From: Fistulifera solaris
Lineage: Eukaryota
Length of the DNA: 64,000 nucleotides
Direction of reading: 5' to 3'
Assembly: GCA_030295235.1 (NCBI GenBank)
Contig: AP026135.1
Location: 744,001 to 808,000, forward strand
The position numbers and the translations under genes were made by a program. Positions 39,092 to 52,974 of this stretch are shown here, piece by piece. The notes beneath the pieces were generated by a model. The model was given only the letters and a program-made list of their open reading frames with translations, was not told the DNA's origin and made no database searches. Each line of letters begins with the position of its first letter. Position 1 is the first letter of the stretch.

Positions 39092-39483
39092 ACATAAAGA
39101 TAGCAGCCACCGCTGCAGTAAGGATGAAGTGTCGTTTCTTTGTTCTTGGATTGTCTTAGTTTTGTTTATCTTCGTTTCGACGCGTCCATACAAGGGCGGT
39201 TTATGTCATCCGATGCAACAAACTTCATCATTAACAGCAACAAAATTGATGAACGTATTATACTTGCGTGAGGCTCGGCAAGGACTGTTCCACAAGGATA
39301 CCAAGGGACTAATGGTTTGGTATGTTGCCAACAAGACCCGGGACTGCATTCGATTTGAGTCAAATTGTATGCAGGCGTCAATACAAAGCATTTTGTGCGT
39401 ACAAGTGTACCAGGTACTTTTCATTGTTTTCCGTCCGAGAACGACATAACTAAAGGGAAACGCGATGAAGCGGCTGTCATATC

Positions 39484-42400
39484 ATGTCTCCTTCCCATAA
39501 TCTCCCTACACTTCGACTCAACAAGGTATTAGTTACACCTGGATTGACACCGGCAGTCGGTGTCAGCAGTAATCCCAAAACATCGCTGAACGCCGCCCTC
39601 CTCGCGCTGCAAGCTCGACAGGATTGTAGTCGACTTCCGTCATCGAATTTCGTGCAACGAAAGACCATTTCTAAATATGTTACGCTACATCCTTCTCAGA
39701 ATCGTGTGGCGTATGTTGTGCAACAGGAAACACCGAGCTCGCAGAAGTGCGTCTGTGTGCAAGATACGGTGACACAGCAAGTATTGTGGATGGCTTCTTG
39801 GATAGATATTGCGACTTCGTTGTTCCACGAAACAGACTCTTCTAAGTGGGACTCTGCTGCGAACACGCTAGGAGATATAGTCAGTCTCGAATTTTACGAT
39901 GCCGCTACTCTGTATTGGAGTGGGATGATGGAAGAAGCAAGACGCAAAACTGCTGGCGGAATACAACGATGGCAAGGCTTGATTGTTCAGACAAAATCTC
40001 GAATAGTAGTATTGAACTTACGTCAAGGAAAGAAACAATCACAAGTATGGCCCGTAGCAGCGACGAATTCAAAGAGGTCATCGAGTGTGCTGGAACCATC
40101 CATGATTTTGGCTCATCTCTCCGAGGAATCGCTGGGGGTCGCTCCCAGTTCGAACGTTTTGCCCTTGACAGAAGGATGGCTGCTGGTCGGATGCAACGAT
40201 GGTTCATTGAAATGCTTTGATCGAAAATCACAGCAAGCAATCAAATCAATAAAAGGCATGGGAAATGGGGACTGGATTGTTCAGATCAGAGCCGCCAATA
40301 CGTACAGCGGGATAGGCCAAATTGGTGTAGCCTCTCGCCGCCGCATGATTACAGTGACTAAGAATGGCTTCGCCTACTTAATTGAGCTCGAAATTTTGAA
40401 TTCCAGCCTAGAGTTGCGACCTCCGCTAGCTCGCTTTTCCGGTGGACTGTCCGAAAATGTCGACCCCCTTCTTGAACCTTCACTTTTGACCTATGATGCT
40501 CACCGAGATTGGGTTTTATGGTGCCAACCAAAAGGTTCGCAGCCACAACAGTCTCAACCAGTAATGAATATATGGAACTTGCAAGCTTTGAATAATGAAT
40601 TTGTGCAACTGGATGGAAATGCGGGTCCGTTGAAACCAGAACCCACGCTGAAGGTGTTACCTGGGGCAGGCACTGGGACAGTGATGATCGAACCCAGCGG
40701 TCTAACGGCTGCCGCTTTTGGTGATGATCATGAGCAAACATTGGTTACCATCGGAGTGATACCAGCAGCAGGTACTCTTGTCTTACAAGGTGCCAATCTG
40801 CGTGATCCATATCAGCACCGCCCTCAAACCATGGAGAGCTCCTCGCTTCTGAGTTTACGACTGGTCGATTTACTTGTTCGAGACAAAGACTTGGATTTAG
40901 AAGAATGGACACATTCGGTTGGAGAAAGTTCGGGTGCTGACAATCCGTTTGGCGCGCTACGAATTTATGCTGTCAAAACTCATTCCCTCGGACCGACTTC
41001 CAATCAAATCGTAGTTGCTACCAATGTCGGTCTCTTGGTTTTAGAAGCTGCTCTCCCTTTTTGTGCAGGGCCCCGACACCATCATTTCGGGTCGAATATG
41101 GGCTCTTTCGGCAAAGCTGTACTAAGTGTTAGAAACTCGCAAGTTGTCTACGCTTCAGTCGACTCCTTGACCTCAAATCCAGCCGGAGTCATGGCCGCCA
41201 AGGGAATAGTGGATGTGTATGACTCTCCCATGCCAACAGAATTACCCGGTGAAGCAGGGAAAAGGCCATTCCGAGCCAGTGCTTACAGTATTCAGGCTAG
41301 CCCATCAGGATTGTACACGGCGATCATATGGCCAGCTGAGTTTCGGTACGAAATTGTGCACGTGGGCACTTTGATGGAGAAGGTAGGAAAAGCCCGCGGC
41401 GCAGCGACGACCGCAACGAATGCACACCCATCTGTGGCGAAAGGAAATGGAATCGCCGATTTTTGCTGGGTTGGAGATAACGACATTTATGCTGTTCTAC
41501 ACGTGCCTGGATGGGAACATATGATTGCACAGGGCAACGAGATTGAAGATCCGCAAATCATGAAGCCGAGAACAGCTATAAAGGTTCTCACGACTCCCAT
41601 AACAAAAGTGGCAGTAAAGGGAACTGGATCAGCGCTAAAGAGTGGGAGTAAGGGTTTTACCAAGAAAGCGTTCGGACTGTTTGGGAAAATAAACCGAAAA
41701 AGCAAAGATGAAGATACTATTGATGACGAAGAGAATTCGGTAGCAGTCAGTGTCAGCACAGTTTCTATGACATCGCCTCCGCCTCAGACAGCGATGTCGA
41801 AGCAGTCATCAACACGACACGTCGAACTGTTCCAGTTGATTTCGAATGATAACCAACCTAGTACGCTAGGCGTTTCTACATCGCCTGCATCGAAGACAAG
41901 TTTGGGGATTCTCTCCATTCGCGGCAGACACGGGAATATACCCACTGCAATTTTCGGCGGACCTGTTTTGTGTGTTGCCAGTCGACCAGAAGGCGGCGAA
42001 TCAGACGAAGGTTTCGCACAGTTCTATGGACGGAAAAACGATGGTAATAATGCTGAGAGCTACTCAGCCACTGGCCCCACGCTCCCCTTTCCAGACATTT
42101 GTACTTGGGATGATGATGGTTGTTTGTGTGCAATATCAATTGGAAGTCGGGTGGCAATTTATCTATTAGAGAAGTCGGAGTTTTGCATGCTCGGAAATGT
42201 TCGGATTTCATCTCCATCCCAACCGCTTACACCGTTGACTAGCCTTCGATTTGCACACGGAGTGCTTTATTGCTGCACGTGGAACTCTGTTCATTGTGTA
42301 ATGCTTGGCGACCTGATGGGTGGAATTTCTCTTTTGGATTCATATCTTTTGGCAGCTACTGACAGATCATCAGTTATGGGTAAGCTAGACCAGGCCAAGC

Positions 42401-43094
42401 CTACAAACCCTTTGACACCCGATCCTGCCCTTCTTCCGTTGGTGCAACCTACTGTTTTAGGTTATCAGTCAGGAAGCCTTATACTGTCGACGCTACGTGG
42501 TGTTTATGCTCTTTCTCTTGAACACCCTATAATGCGCCTGGGTACTTTACTTGCTTCGGGGCAGATAGAACGAGCCTCCCAGTGGATAAGCGCTTTTGAC
42601 AGAAATTCACATGAAGGTCTAGCTTACTTCTTGGAGCGCCGTGGCCATGCCGCATTGGCTCTCCGCCACCTCAACGGTTTATCTCTTGAGACCGTGATAG
42701 ACCTTTGTATGAGGTATGACGAAGTGGATCGTCTTGAAGATATTGCTGAAACGCAAGGTGTTCGAGGTCTGCGGAAAGTCGATATGGGTCGTGGTGTTCT
42801 TGCGAGTATTTTTGGTCCAGAAAGTGGGGTTGGCAGTATTACTGTATCAGTGGGTGCTTATCTTCAGCCCATGGCCGCATAGAAACCGTTCGACAGTTAG
42901 CCAGTGAATGCTTGCGGCTTGACGAACAAGGGAAAAAGGATGCGCTTTTTTTGGGGACGCTATTGATGCAGATAAACGAGACCGATGCAAATCGCCTCAT
43001 ACAGCGTGCAGTCGACTCTCCATTTCAGGACGATTGGCCAATGGGGTCCTTGGTACGAAACCTAATATCAAAAAAGGCTGGTAGCCACCCTTAA
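39484..43094 (+). CDS. Large beta-propeller + alpha-solenoid protocoatomer-like protein; indel at ~42870
   Basis: 1132-aa ORF with WD-like strands and LAYFLERRGHAALAL, reminiscent of the coatomer WD-associated region. Confidence 0.5.
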
Positions 43095-43994
43095 GTGTCG
43101 CCTCCCTGGAGGCTCTGTTCACCGTGTTTCTGTAGTAAGCTCCAGTAAAATTTAACCTTAGTGCTTTTTTTGCTTTTAGCTTCTACTCCGCATCCTAATT
43201 CTCTAGAGAGTACAATACTCCAACGTAAAGGGATATTAAACAGAATACGTGATTTTACTGTTGAGACACAAACCATGGACCTTATTTATTGTTCCTGTAA
43301 CCAGCAAAAACACGAACCAAAAGGGCAACTTTCCTTTTCCCACTTACACAAATAATAGAGAAAGTCCCCGTATGAATCATCTAAAGCCCAAGAGTAAGGT
43401 GCGGGAAATTGTGTACTGTCGCGTAGGCCCCGTAGAGAAATGTACCAAGCAGAGGTACGTTCCCGTGTCTCCAGTCCTGCTTTCTCGAGAAACGACTGAG
43501 TGACGTGGCCAAGTTTGGACGTTTCTTAATTAGCAATACCTCTAAATACTACTCAAATTACAATACCTCTGCGATGAGGATGGAGTAAAAATGGATACTT
43601 TCTGTCGAAACATTGTCTTGTGTGTCTCTTGCCCATCGTTTCGCCATCTACTATACGGAAAGTTGTAGCCCATGCGAACGCAGGATCGGTTTCGGCACCA
43701 TGTTTTCCGTTTGTTGATGACGATTGAAGCGTCTTTTCAATTCGTTTGCTTTCTCGGTAGAACTTCTACGCATGCAAAACTATTTTCTGCCCAGGAGCTG
43801 AACCTGTCTTGTTGAGAGCGAGAATATCCATCAAAAGCTACAAGAAAAGCATTCCGCACAATTGATCGTTCAATTGCTGGTGAATCTTTTACAATGCATG
43901 CCCCCACAGCCTCAACCGCACCTGAATCGAGAAATTCATCATCAGACATGACGAAAGAAGGGCGGGGAGATTATCCCCAGATCCTACTGATTCC

Positions 43995-45813
43995 ATGAGC
44001 ACTAATAGTGAAAGTCCTCAGCTTGAATTCTTTCCTTCGACCACACCGAATCCGTTAGCTCAGCCGATGAAAGATAGTACTCAAGAAAACTTCCCTCGAG
44101 TGATCACGACTCCGATCATACCTACTCCATCACAAGCTACGACTTCGACAGCGCAGGACGAAAAGAGCAAAGCTAACCCAAGTCGTCGAAGGAATTCGGT
44201 AAAAGGACGATTACAGGGCACGAACGGAGAAGAAAACACAGTGAAGCGCAGGCAAAAGCGTTTAGAACGCAACCGCGAGTCTGCTCGTTTGAGCCGTCGG
44301 AGACGCAAGCAATATCTCGAGGTGCTCGAAGACAATGTAAACCAGCTGAGTCGAGAAGTTGATCGAGGACGCCGTGAACATGTTTCACGTGCCGTCTGGA
44401 CGATTCACCAGAAAAGAGTGGGAATTTTAACGGAGTCGCCCACCCTCGATAAACTTGAAGTGCTCGAGAAGGGTTTATCGCGAACAAGCCAGTCTTTGCG
44501 TGTCGTGAACACGTTCCACTGGCAACAACTACAATCGTTTGTGCTACCTCCGTCAACGAAGTTCACTCTATGGCTTTCTCTTCAAAACGATGCATACTTT
44601 CGAGGCGGAAGAGCGGCCAGCGAGCGTCTTTCAGCTGCTCGCATCGGTGAAAGAGTAAGTTCAATTGTTGTTTTAACTTTTTCCTGGACCCCGATGTCAG
44701 CTAACACGTTCGTTCATCAGATGTTGTCCGCTGGGACAGACAGAGTGACCCCTTGCAATCGATGTGGCCTCTTTTCTGCAATGAAGTCGGTTTGTCGTAC
44801 GAGCAAGAAGAAAAGGTACGAAGCTACCAACGTGCACTGCTACAAACCCCCGAGTCCTGGCTTCACCGGCATACTGCCTTCGCCGCTGAGAAAACAATGA
44901 AGTCGGTACACGATGCAATCGAGGCTCTGACCAATCGTTTAGGAGAAAGGGAGAACGCTACGCAAGCGGTTCTTTCGCCCGCACAGCGGCTAATGCTGGC
45001 ATCGTGGGCAACTCGAAATCGTCAAAAGCTAAAGGATAAAGTTTCGCAAGTACCTTGCAAGGAATACTCCGAATGTAAGTTGTTAAAGAATCAGCATGAA
45101 GCTGTGAATTTGTACATCGTTAATCATCGGCTGGAAGGTGTGTTGAAGAGCGTTCCTTTGCCAGAGTCCCCTGCTGTGTCACCCAAGGAAGCCAAGAAAT
45201 TATCGCGTCGACCACTCTTTGAGTCACTTGGGTGTGTGAACGAAAAGAAGAAGGACTTTCTCGCGAGAACTCGTTTGCGTCCACTGGGTCTTTGAAGCGA
45301 GGGATGGCGGAGATGAGAATGAGTGGAGATGACGGCGAAGAGGAGCGTGTCCATCAACCTCCTATAAATCCAGAGGATGCGCAGCACAGTGCTTCGGAGC
45401 TGGTTAACAAAGTGTTGGGACCTGTCAAGAAAATTATTCCGGAAGCACCTGCTCCATCTTTTGTTTCTCTCGCCGGTGGCAAAATGGTTCTTCCAGCACC
45501 CACACCAGTGTCATCGATGCAATACTTTGCACAAGATCCTGTTCAGCCCATGCCCGTGCCAAGTGCTCCAATCAGCGCACCGATCGAAGCCCCCATTTAT
45601 GAAGCGGCGACACTTCACGCCCCTCTGTTGGAGACTGAAGATCAGGGCGCGCCAGAGGCAAAACACGCAAGAAAGTCATCTTTCTTGCCTCAGAATTTGA
45701 ATGTCGTCCCGGAAGAAATGTGGGGAGGGGATGCAGACGATCTTCTCATGAATCTCGTGGACGGAGATTGGGCGATTGGAGAGGGTATTGATATGGAGGT
45801 CATGCATCAGTAG
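43995..45813 (+). CDS. bZIP transcription factor; intron 44655-44720, indels at ~44752 and ~45248
   Basis: KRRQKRLERNRESARLSRRRRKQYLEVLEDNVNQL. Confidence 0.88.
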
Positions 45814-46391
45814 AGCCTCACCTCAAGCGCCCGAGGGATTTTGCGAATCCCACCTTTTTGTGCTACATGCTCTGTCGTTTTAGCTTTATGCGAACTACAG
45901 ATTTATCAGGCCTATCAGGATCCGGATCTCACAACGAAACAACTGGATGATTAGCCTTGTGACGCAACCTTACTGTTCTTTACAGTCGCGAATGAAAGGA
46001 AAGGTTGATCGAATTGCATCATGTTAGTGATAGATATTTACACATATTACGTTATACAGATCTGATCGTATCGATAATGATTATTGTGTTTGGACCTTAA
46101 ATTATACCTTACATGAACTAGTTTATACCTTTTCAGTTACACTCGAGCATGTTTCGCTCATTTGTTAAGCTAGTTGAAGCGATACCTTGGCGATAAAGAG
46201 AGCTGATGTATAAACTTGTAAGCTCCTGTTAGAGGCTCTCGAATCGATTGACAAAACAAACCAAAATTTCTATACATAAAATTGGGGTGTTGCTGGTCAC
46301 AATGCATCATGACTCACTTTCGTCTTCTTCAAAAGCCTACGAAATATCTTCGATGTGTTTTCTCCCTCCCGGCTCCCTAAATTCACTTGCT

Positions 46392-47850
46392 TTAGGAATG
46401 ATAACTCCTTGTCGCGACCTCCCCCTCCATGTGATTTTCGATTTGGCGAACACCTTCCTCCCCAACCTCATTGATATTTTCCAGCCTTCTTGCAGCGAAC
46501 TTTAACAACTCCATTTTCAAAAGTTTTTGCTGCTCAGCGTTCACTTCCTCGAACTCGCTTCCACAACAGCTGACGAATGAAATAATTTCGATCGCATCGA
46601 CTGCGCCCTCTCCGTCGATCTCCATGGCACCCCACACTGCATCAAAGTCTTTCTCTGACAAAATCCACTTCGCAAGAATTTGCTTTTGAGTGGTTCCTTT
46701 CATTCCATCGATATGTTCGCTTTCTTTCGCCAACTGATCTGCTGAGATAAATCCTAATGAAGGTCCGATTGTCAGATTGGGAGCAATTTGTTGGACAAAA
46801 CGTTTCTTGTACCGATTTTGTTGTTCCAGCGATTTTCGATAGAAGATTAAGCTTTACGCAGTAGCCAAAACCGAAACGATGCCAACAACAACACCAGCTA
46901 TGGCACTCGCCGACCAATTTTACTTAAAGGAAAGGCTACGTAGCCACATTCAGTTCCACCAGAACCACCAATGTCTGCGTAAAGAATAGATAAACTGTCG
47001 TTCTTGCCTCGATAAAGGCCAATTTCGTTTTCAAAAGGGGGGCATCCCATAAAGATCACCAGCCAAAAGGTCAGAGTGTAAACTATATCCAGTGGAATCT
47101 CTTTTCGAGTTCCTATTGCGAACTTATTGTACCTAAAGTCAGGATGATCTCCTATGATCCCCAGGGGCTTCAGAGTGACCAGAGAAGAGGAGATGAGGAA
47201 TCATCCCACCTAACACACTCGAAAAATACATTGACTCATACCTTTCCTCGAATATGACACTGTCCCTTCTGATATTGCAAGTAAACAAATCGCGTTGCTA
47301 CTGGAGATTCGGCAACCATCATATCACAGATTCGCTTTCCCGGTGCTTGATAGAGCTCTTTATCTCCACCGGGTATCCGTATCATATCCAAATCCGGAAA
47401 ACTATTTGTCATGTACGATTCTTGCGCCGTATTCTGCTGTATACAAACAGGTCCGTGCTTCCCAGTTTTCTGGAGCTGCAACAAATCATCGAATGTATTG
47501 ATATGAGTGGTTGTTCCGTACCAAATTACCCTCGGCAGGTGGATGGAAGAGCACACTGAGTTGGTTCGTTCGCAAACGCTCCGGTGTGACATAATACAGA
47601 CTCAAATACATGTCGTTGGTATACTCCGAGACAGGAATATCATTGACATCAGACTGGCCGCATAGATATTGCTGACGATAGTAGGGATCGTACGCTTGGC
47701 ATTCTGTGTTGCTATGTTCGCACAGGGTACCCTTCCTGCTGGGCGGTAGCAAGTCGTAGGTAAAGTTGGCTCGTTCCGTGAGAGGGTCCAGCTTCATTAT
47801 CAGTTATCATCGCGCCATGATCATTACCAGGTTTAGGTGGCCAAAATTTC
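46392..47850 (-). pseudogene. Disrupted gene for a type-II solute-binding (PBP2/iGluR-LBD-like) ectodomain + single TM + EF-hand protein; intron 47168-47241
   Basis: DMYLSLYYVTPERL, INTFDDL..PVCIQQNTA, CDMMV, FAIG; TM AIAGVVVGIVSVLATA then in-frame TAA (~46855); EF-like MEIDGEGAVDAIEI. Confidence 0.55.
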
Positions 47851-48397
47851 CTCCTGCCTTCTTGTTTTTCTCCTTCGCGCATTGCTTTGCTTTCCATTAC
47901 AAAGTTTCATGTATGGAGAGGAAAACGCCAATGTTTGTAAAGCATCAGGGACTAAAAGAAATAGGGAATGGACCGTCCGTACAAAAAGCCAATCAACAAA
48001 TATAATGTCACTATCGTACACGATCTTGGATTGCACACGTTGCACGCGTTTTCACTTTTCTCTACCGATTGTTTGAACATTGTGCATCATTTGCGAGTAC
48101 ACTTTGCTCACAAAACGGATTGTATACAATATCTATGAAATAAGCTTTTGCATTGAATAATCAATATCAAACATGCAGCATCTTAAAATTAGTATTGATA
48201 GCGCTTTTGACTCTGTGAATTGGCTCCGTGCCTTTTCTATAGGCATCGTTTATCCTTTTACCTGGTAAAAAAGGCTAGATGAACCATGAGCTATATCCAT
48301 CTGCATCGGTTTTTCACTATAGACCAACGTGTAGGCGACCTTTTCCGCGACTCCATTTCAGTCATGAACCATAAGCTTTTTGCGTTTTTATTTACTA

Positions 48398-48428
48398 TAC
48401 CAGGCACCGGTACCGGTACCAGGTACCT
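48398..48428. promoter_or_regulatory. Cluster of overlapping TACC(W)GGTA palindromes
   Basis: taccaggcaccggtaccggtaccaggtacct; the same motif recurs upstream of many genes in the window. Confidence 0.45.
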
Positions 48429-48827
48429 CTAGCTATATTTCAGTCATCCATTTACATTCTACGTTGTTAGTTCGCTCAAACTCTTATCCGTTTGATTATC
48501 ATCTAAAACGATCACAGAGTGACAATCAACAATCAACATCAACTTCCTCAAATCGTAATCACGACTGCATTGAGACACGAATGAAGGACTCACACCCACA
48601 TCACTCCGCCGCCGCCCGTTAATTTCGAGGATTTCTTACCATTCGACAATTGTTGTTTTCCTGTTGTTGTGTTGAAGTATAGCACTTTGATCATTTTTCT
48701 GCTGTCTAGTGCAACAAACAAATTTCTGCAGTCACCCCCTTTACGAAAGAAGCGGGATGCATTCAAATTGGATCGATTTTGTGATCATCCTTTTTCTGTT
48801 TTTCTTACGCACATTACCGGAGCGTTC

Positions 48828-50250
48828 ATGCTTCGTTCTCTCCATCACCGTCCCTTACTTCATACCCTGCATTCTTCGAAGTTTCGCTTCATCATGTCCG
48901 AACCTCGCCCTAGCGGTGTCTCCGAATATGAAAACTGGGTTCGACGATTGTACGAAACCAACATGTTTCACCCGGTCAAAATGGGCTTGACAAACATCGA
49001 GAACTTACATTCGGCGTTGGGTTACCCCATTGATGCCATTCCCACCGTAGTGCACATTGCCGGAACCAATGGGAAGGGGAGTGTTGCGCACAAAATTGCC
49101 AAAACGCTGGAACTATCGGGACAAAAAGTCGGATTATTCGTTTCACCTCACGTTTCGTCCTTTCGAGAGCGCATGCAAGTGAATGGCCACCATATCACAG
49201 AAGAACAAGTGACACAAGGGTTACCGCTGATTTACAAGATTTGTCAGGAGCAGGATATTCCGGCGACGTTCTTTGAAATTACAACAGCACTAGCATTTTG
49301 GTATTTTGTCAATCAACAAGTCGATGCGGTCGTTTTAGAAACTGGTTTGGGAGGACGGTTGGATGCAACCAATGTCGTCAAGGCCCCATCGTTGTCGGTC
49401 ATCACTTCTATTGGTTTAGAGCATACAAAAATATTAGGCGATACGGTTGAACTGATTGCGCTGGAAAAGGGCGGTATCATCAAACCAGGTCGCCCTGTTC
49501 TCGTTGGACCTCATGTCCCGCACGAAGTACTGCGGCAATGCGCCAAGGAAAAGGGTGCGCTTCATTATTATACTTGTGGAGATGTAGTAGGAGGGAGTGA
49601 TGACGAAACAGATTATGATAAAGAAAATGCACGAATTGCGTCCGCCGCTGTGAAGCTAATACTAAAAGAGAATCCGACGTGGACTATATCTGACGAAATG
49701 ATTGCCCGAGGTACTTCCCAGCGTCCGTCTTGTCGATTCGAGGAGATGACTTTGGACAGTGGGGTACTCGTGATCCTCGATGTTGCCCACAATCCACCAG
49801 CCATGGAATACTTGATCGCTAAACTGAAAGCCACTTACCCGGACCGGTCGTATCGAATGGTCGTTGGGATGTCTTCCGATAAAGATCTTAACTTGTGCGC
49901 GCAATCGATAATGCAAGAGTGCGACGTATCACGAATTCATTTGGTAGAAGCCGCCCATCCAAGGGCCGCAAAAGTGGAAGAGATTTTGGAAAAGGCTCCG
50001 CAACTGCGCGAAGCCAATTACGACAGGGAAGACCCTTCCATAACGAAACAGGTTCACTTGGCGTTAGATGCAGCTGCGTCGGCACCCAACGAGATTGTTG
50101 TGATTTGTGGAAGCGTCTTTCTCATGACAGAAGCCCGAGAAGCACTCGGTATCGACGAACCTCGGGACTCAGCATACATAGCTGAAATGGCAGGCGGGCG
50201 TGCGTCATGGTCAGGAGAACTTTGGTAATACCAAAATTTAGCAAGCTAGA
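48828..50250 (+). CDS. Folylpolyglutamate synthase/dihydrofolate synthase (FolC), likely organellar presequence; end coordinate approximate (possible indel ~50195)
   Basis: VHIAGTNGKGS, SPH..FRER, TFFEITT, ETGLGGRLDATN, SIGLEH..ILG, LDVAHN, CGSVF. Confidence 0.95.
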
Positions 50251-50419
50251 TGTTAAAAACGATCACACCAGTAAATTAGTGTTTGTAATGAACTAATAAT
50301 AATTTATCATTGTCATGGGAAAACCATATTTTGGCTTGTGCGCGGTTTCGTGGTGACTAAGGCCAACGATGCTGTATAAACTGAATCTCATTGTAAAAGA
50401 CGAAAGCAAAAGTAGAGAT

Positions 50420-51540
50420 CTCTACCCTTGAACTCGTTCTCTGTTCTTGGCAGCCTCAGCAGCGATCTCGGCTTGCATCTTTTCCTCTCGCTCAGCGGCG
50501 CTGCATTGCTGCTTCCGCCTTCTCTTCCAATCGTTCAGCCATTCGCTTCTTTTCACGAATTTCGATTTCCTTCATCATAGTTTCCATCATATCAAGCTTA
50601 TCCTTGATTCTGAAAAATAAGTCGCTATCCGCCTGGAGGTCACATCAAAGTCATTTAAGTGAGAAAAGATTTAATCAGTACAATCGCATCAACAGAAATT
50701 ACTTACACATGCAGTAATGTAAGATTTTCCAAGCTTCTTTCCAACCCAATCTTCCATGACTGGGTATACTTCATCTTTATCCATTTCAACACCAACATCT
50801 TCCATGATTTTGAGAAGTCCGAGTCCAAAGTACCGACTGTACATCCAGAACTCATCCGCCTTAACCGACCTAGCAATGGCTGCAAGAGGAGAGTCACCCT
50901 CACCTGTCAAAGCCGCTTCGATCTCGGCGCGACTCTTTCCCTGCGCCCATTGGTCAATCATTGCGGCTTCCGCACGGACTTCGGCTTCGTTGAGACCGAC
51001 GGATTGAAACAAGGAGGACACAATCTTCTCACCAACATCCTTCTCCGGATAATTTTTGAGCAGCAAATCACAAGTAAACAAGATTCCTAGACTCCAAACA
51101 GGATCACGGGTGAATCGAGCATTCACAATGTTCAAGTGGGTCGTACCGACCAAGTCCGTGACCATGTTCTTGTACAATGGGTTAATGGTGAAACCGAGGA
51201 GCTTCGTAAAGTCGGCAAAGGCTTCTCCCACAGTCTTCACTTTCTTCCCTACGAGATGTTTGTATCGTCGTGCGAAATCAGTATCGGCCTCACCCGGTCT
51301 GTAGTTTAGCTAAAACGATGTCGACGAATGAAATCGAAAGGTGAGCAAAAGAAAAAGATTCTCATTCTCTTGGATGCATCGATTACGTACCTCACGTCGA
51401 ATAGCTGCGTTCAAACCTGCATCGTCCAATGCACTACTCGAAAGGGCTTTACTCGAAGCATAAGCTGGTTTTGAAGCTGTGAAAGCAGACGACGGGGCAA
51501 GAAGCGCCAGCAGAAGAAGGGAAGTTCTCGAAAAGTTCAT
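50420..51540 (-). CDS. THF1: Thylakoid formation 1 / Psb29; introns 51310-51390 and 50633-50706; 3' end approximate
   Basis: SSA-F bipartite presequence, KTVGEA..F, INPLYK, HL....[28 protein letters not shown]. Confidence 0.88.
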
Positions 51541-52190
51541 CGTTGTTGTTCGTGTTGTGTAATTTGTAAGCCAGGATAATAGAAGTGTCCAAACAAAAAG
51601 CTCCGAATGAGAGTAAACTGACTCTGATACAACAGACGTGTTGTCGTTGTTGTGAATGAGACAGTGAGAAGTGTCAAAGAGAAGGAACGATAATAACCTT
51701 ACAAGCTTTGAAATGCGCAGCTGCTGATGCGATCCTATGCGTTCAGCGTTGCTGTGGATGCAGATGACGCAACACGCACGTGACTCCATAAGTCGCTGTC
51801 AGAGGCCATTCGTCTACTTTTGAAACAAAGTCACGTTCCAGTCTATGAAAGATTATGCCAATATGTATTGCGGTGCGATGTTGGATAGACACAGGTGACT
51901 CTGTTTCTGACTCAGTGACCTTTTCTAACTGCGTTTCTCAAAGACTAAATACGTTCCTGATTATAGTTCGCGCTAGTATGACGTAGTGCAAGAATGCGTG
52001 CGTAAGTCATCCGTATGAAAGCTAAGCTGATTTTCAACTTGACGGGTGAAATCGCGTTCAACGCGTGCAATCCACGATCATGCCATTCAGGGCATTCATG
52101 CAAACAAAACAGGTAATAACCCATACTCATAGATTAATCAACAACTGACGATCTTGAAATTCGTGCCCTTGTCGTAAACAGAGCACTAGG

Positions 52191-52818
52191 ATGCAGCGTA
52201 CCTCTTCAAATGAAGTTAGTAGTTTGTCAAGGAGACGAACAAGAACCGAAAAGTTTGTTATTCAAATATTGCAGATACTCGTGGTTGCGGTGGCAATAAT
52301 ACCTTCTAAGCCACACGCCGTGAGCGCTCTTTCATACGACGCGGATGTCGCACAGAAGAAGATCGTTAAAGCTATCACCGGATGATGAGATTAATAAAGG
52401 TCTTTTAAGAGCCAAAGAATTGTTGGCGAAATCCAAAGCCAAACTCGCAGCCAAAGAAGCCAGTTCGAAAAATTCACCCAACGATAAAGAGAAGAAACTG
52501 CCTTTCTTTGCAAGTACACGCAAGGTAGCCGCGAATCGAAAAGGTGTCATCAAATCCAAGAACGCCGAGGGCTTGGTGCTGGCGGACGGCGAACGAATGG
52601 CGGCTTTGTCGGAACAGGAAGAATGGGAACGGCGGGGACTTTTCGAACTCTTCGAAAGCGAAATTGACAACAGCGAGGATGTCTATTCGCAAGCGTCGGA
52701 GCAGTTGGCGAGTCGTGATGTGGCGGCATCCATCTTTAATCTCCGAAAGACACTGCAACAAGAAGACTACAGTCGAATTTTTGATAAGAGAAATTTCCTT
52801 ATTGGCGAAGATAATTGA
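52191..52818 (+). CDS. Uncharacterized small protein with signal peptide; indel at ~52355
   Basis: Hydrophobic leader ORF abuts a 157-aa ORF ending IFNLRKTLQQEDYSRIFDKRNFLIGEDN. Confidence 0.55.
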
Positions 52819-52974
52819 TTTCTGTGGATACATATCAGAAATTAGCGGGAAATAGTATTTTTTAACAACGATTACATTGTTAATTCGAGTCCGTTTCGTA
52901 TGCATAGAAATCTGACAAGCTCGCGAAGCGAAAACTAACTTGAATGGGTTGGGACTCTGTAGCAAGAATCAAGA

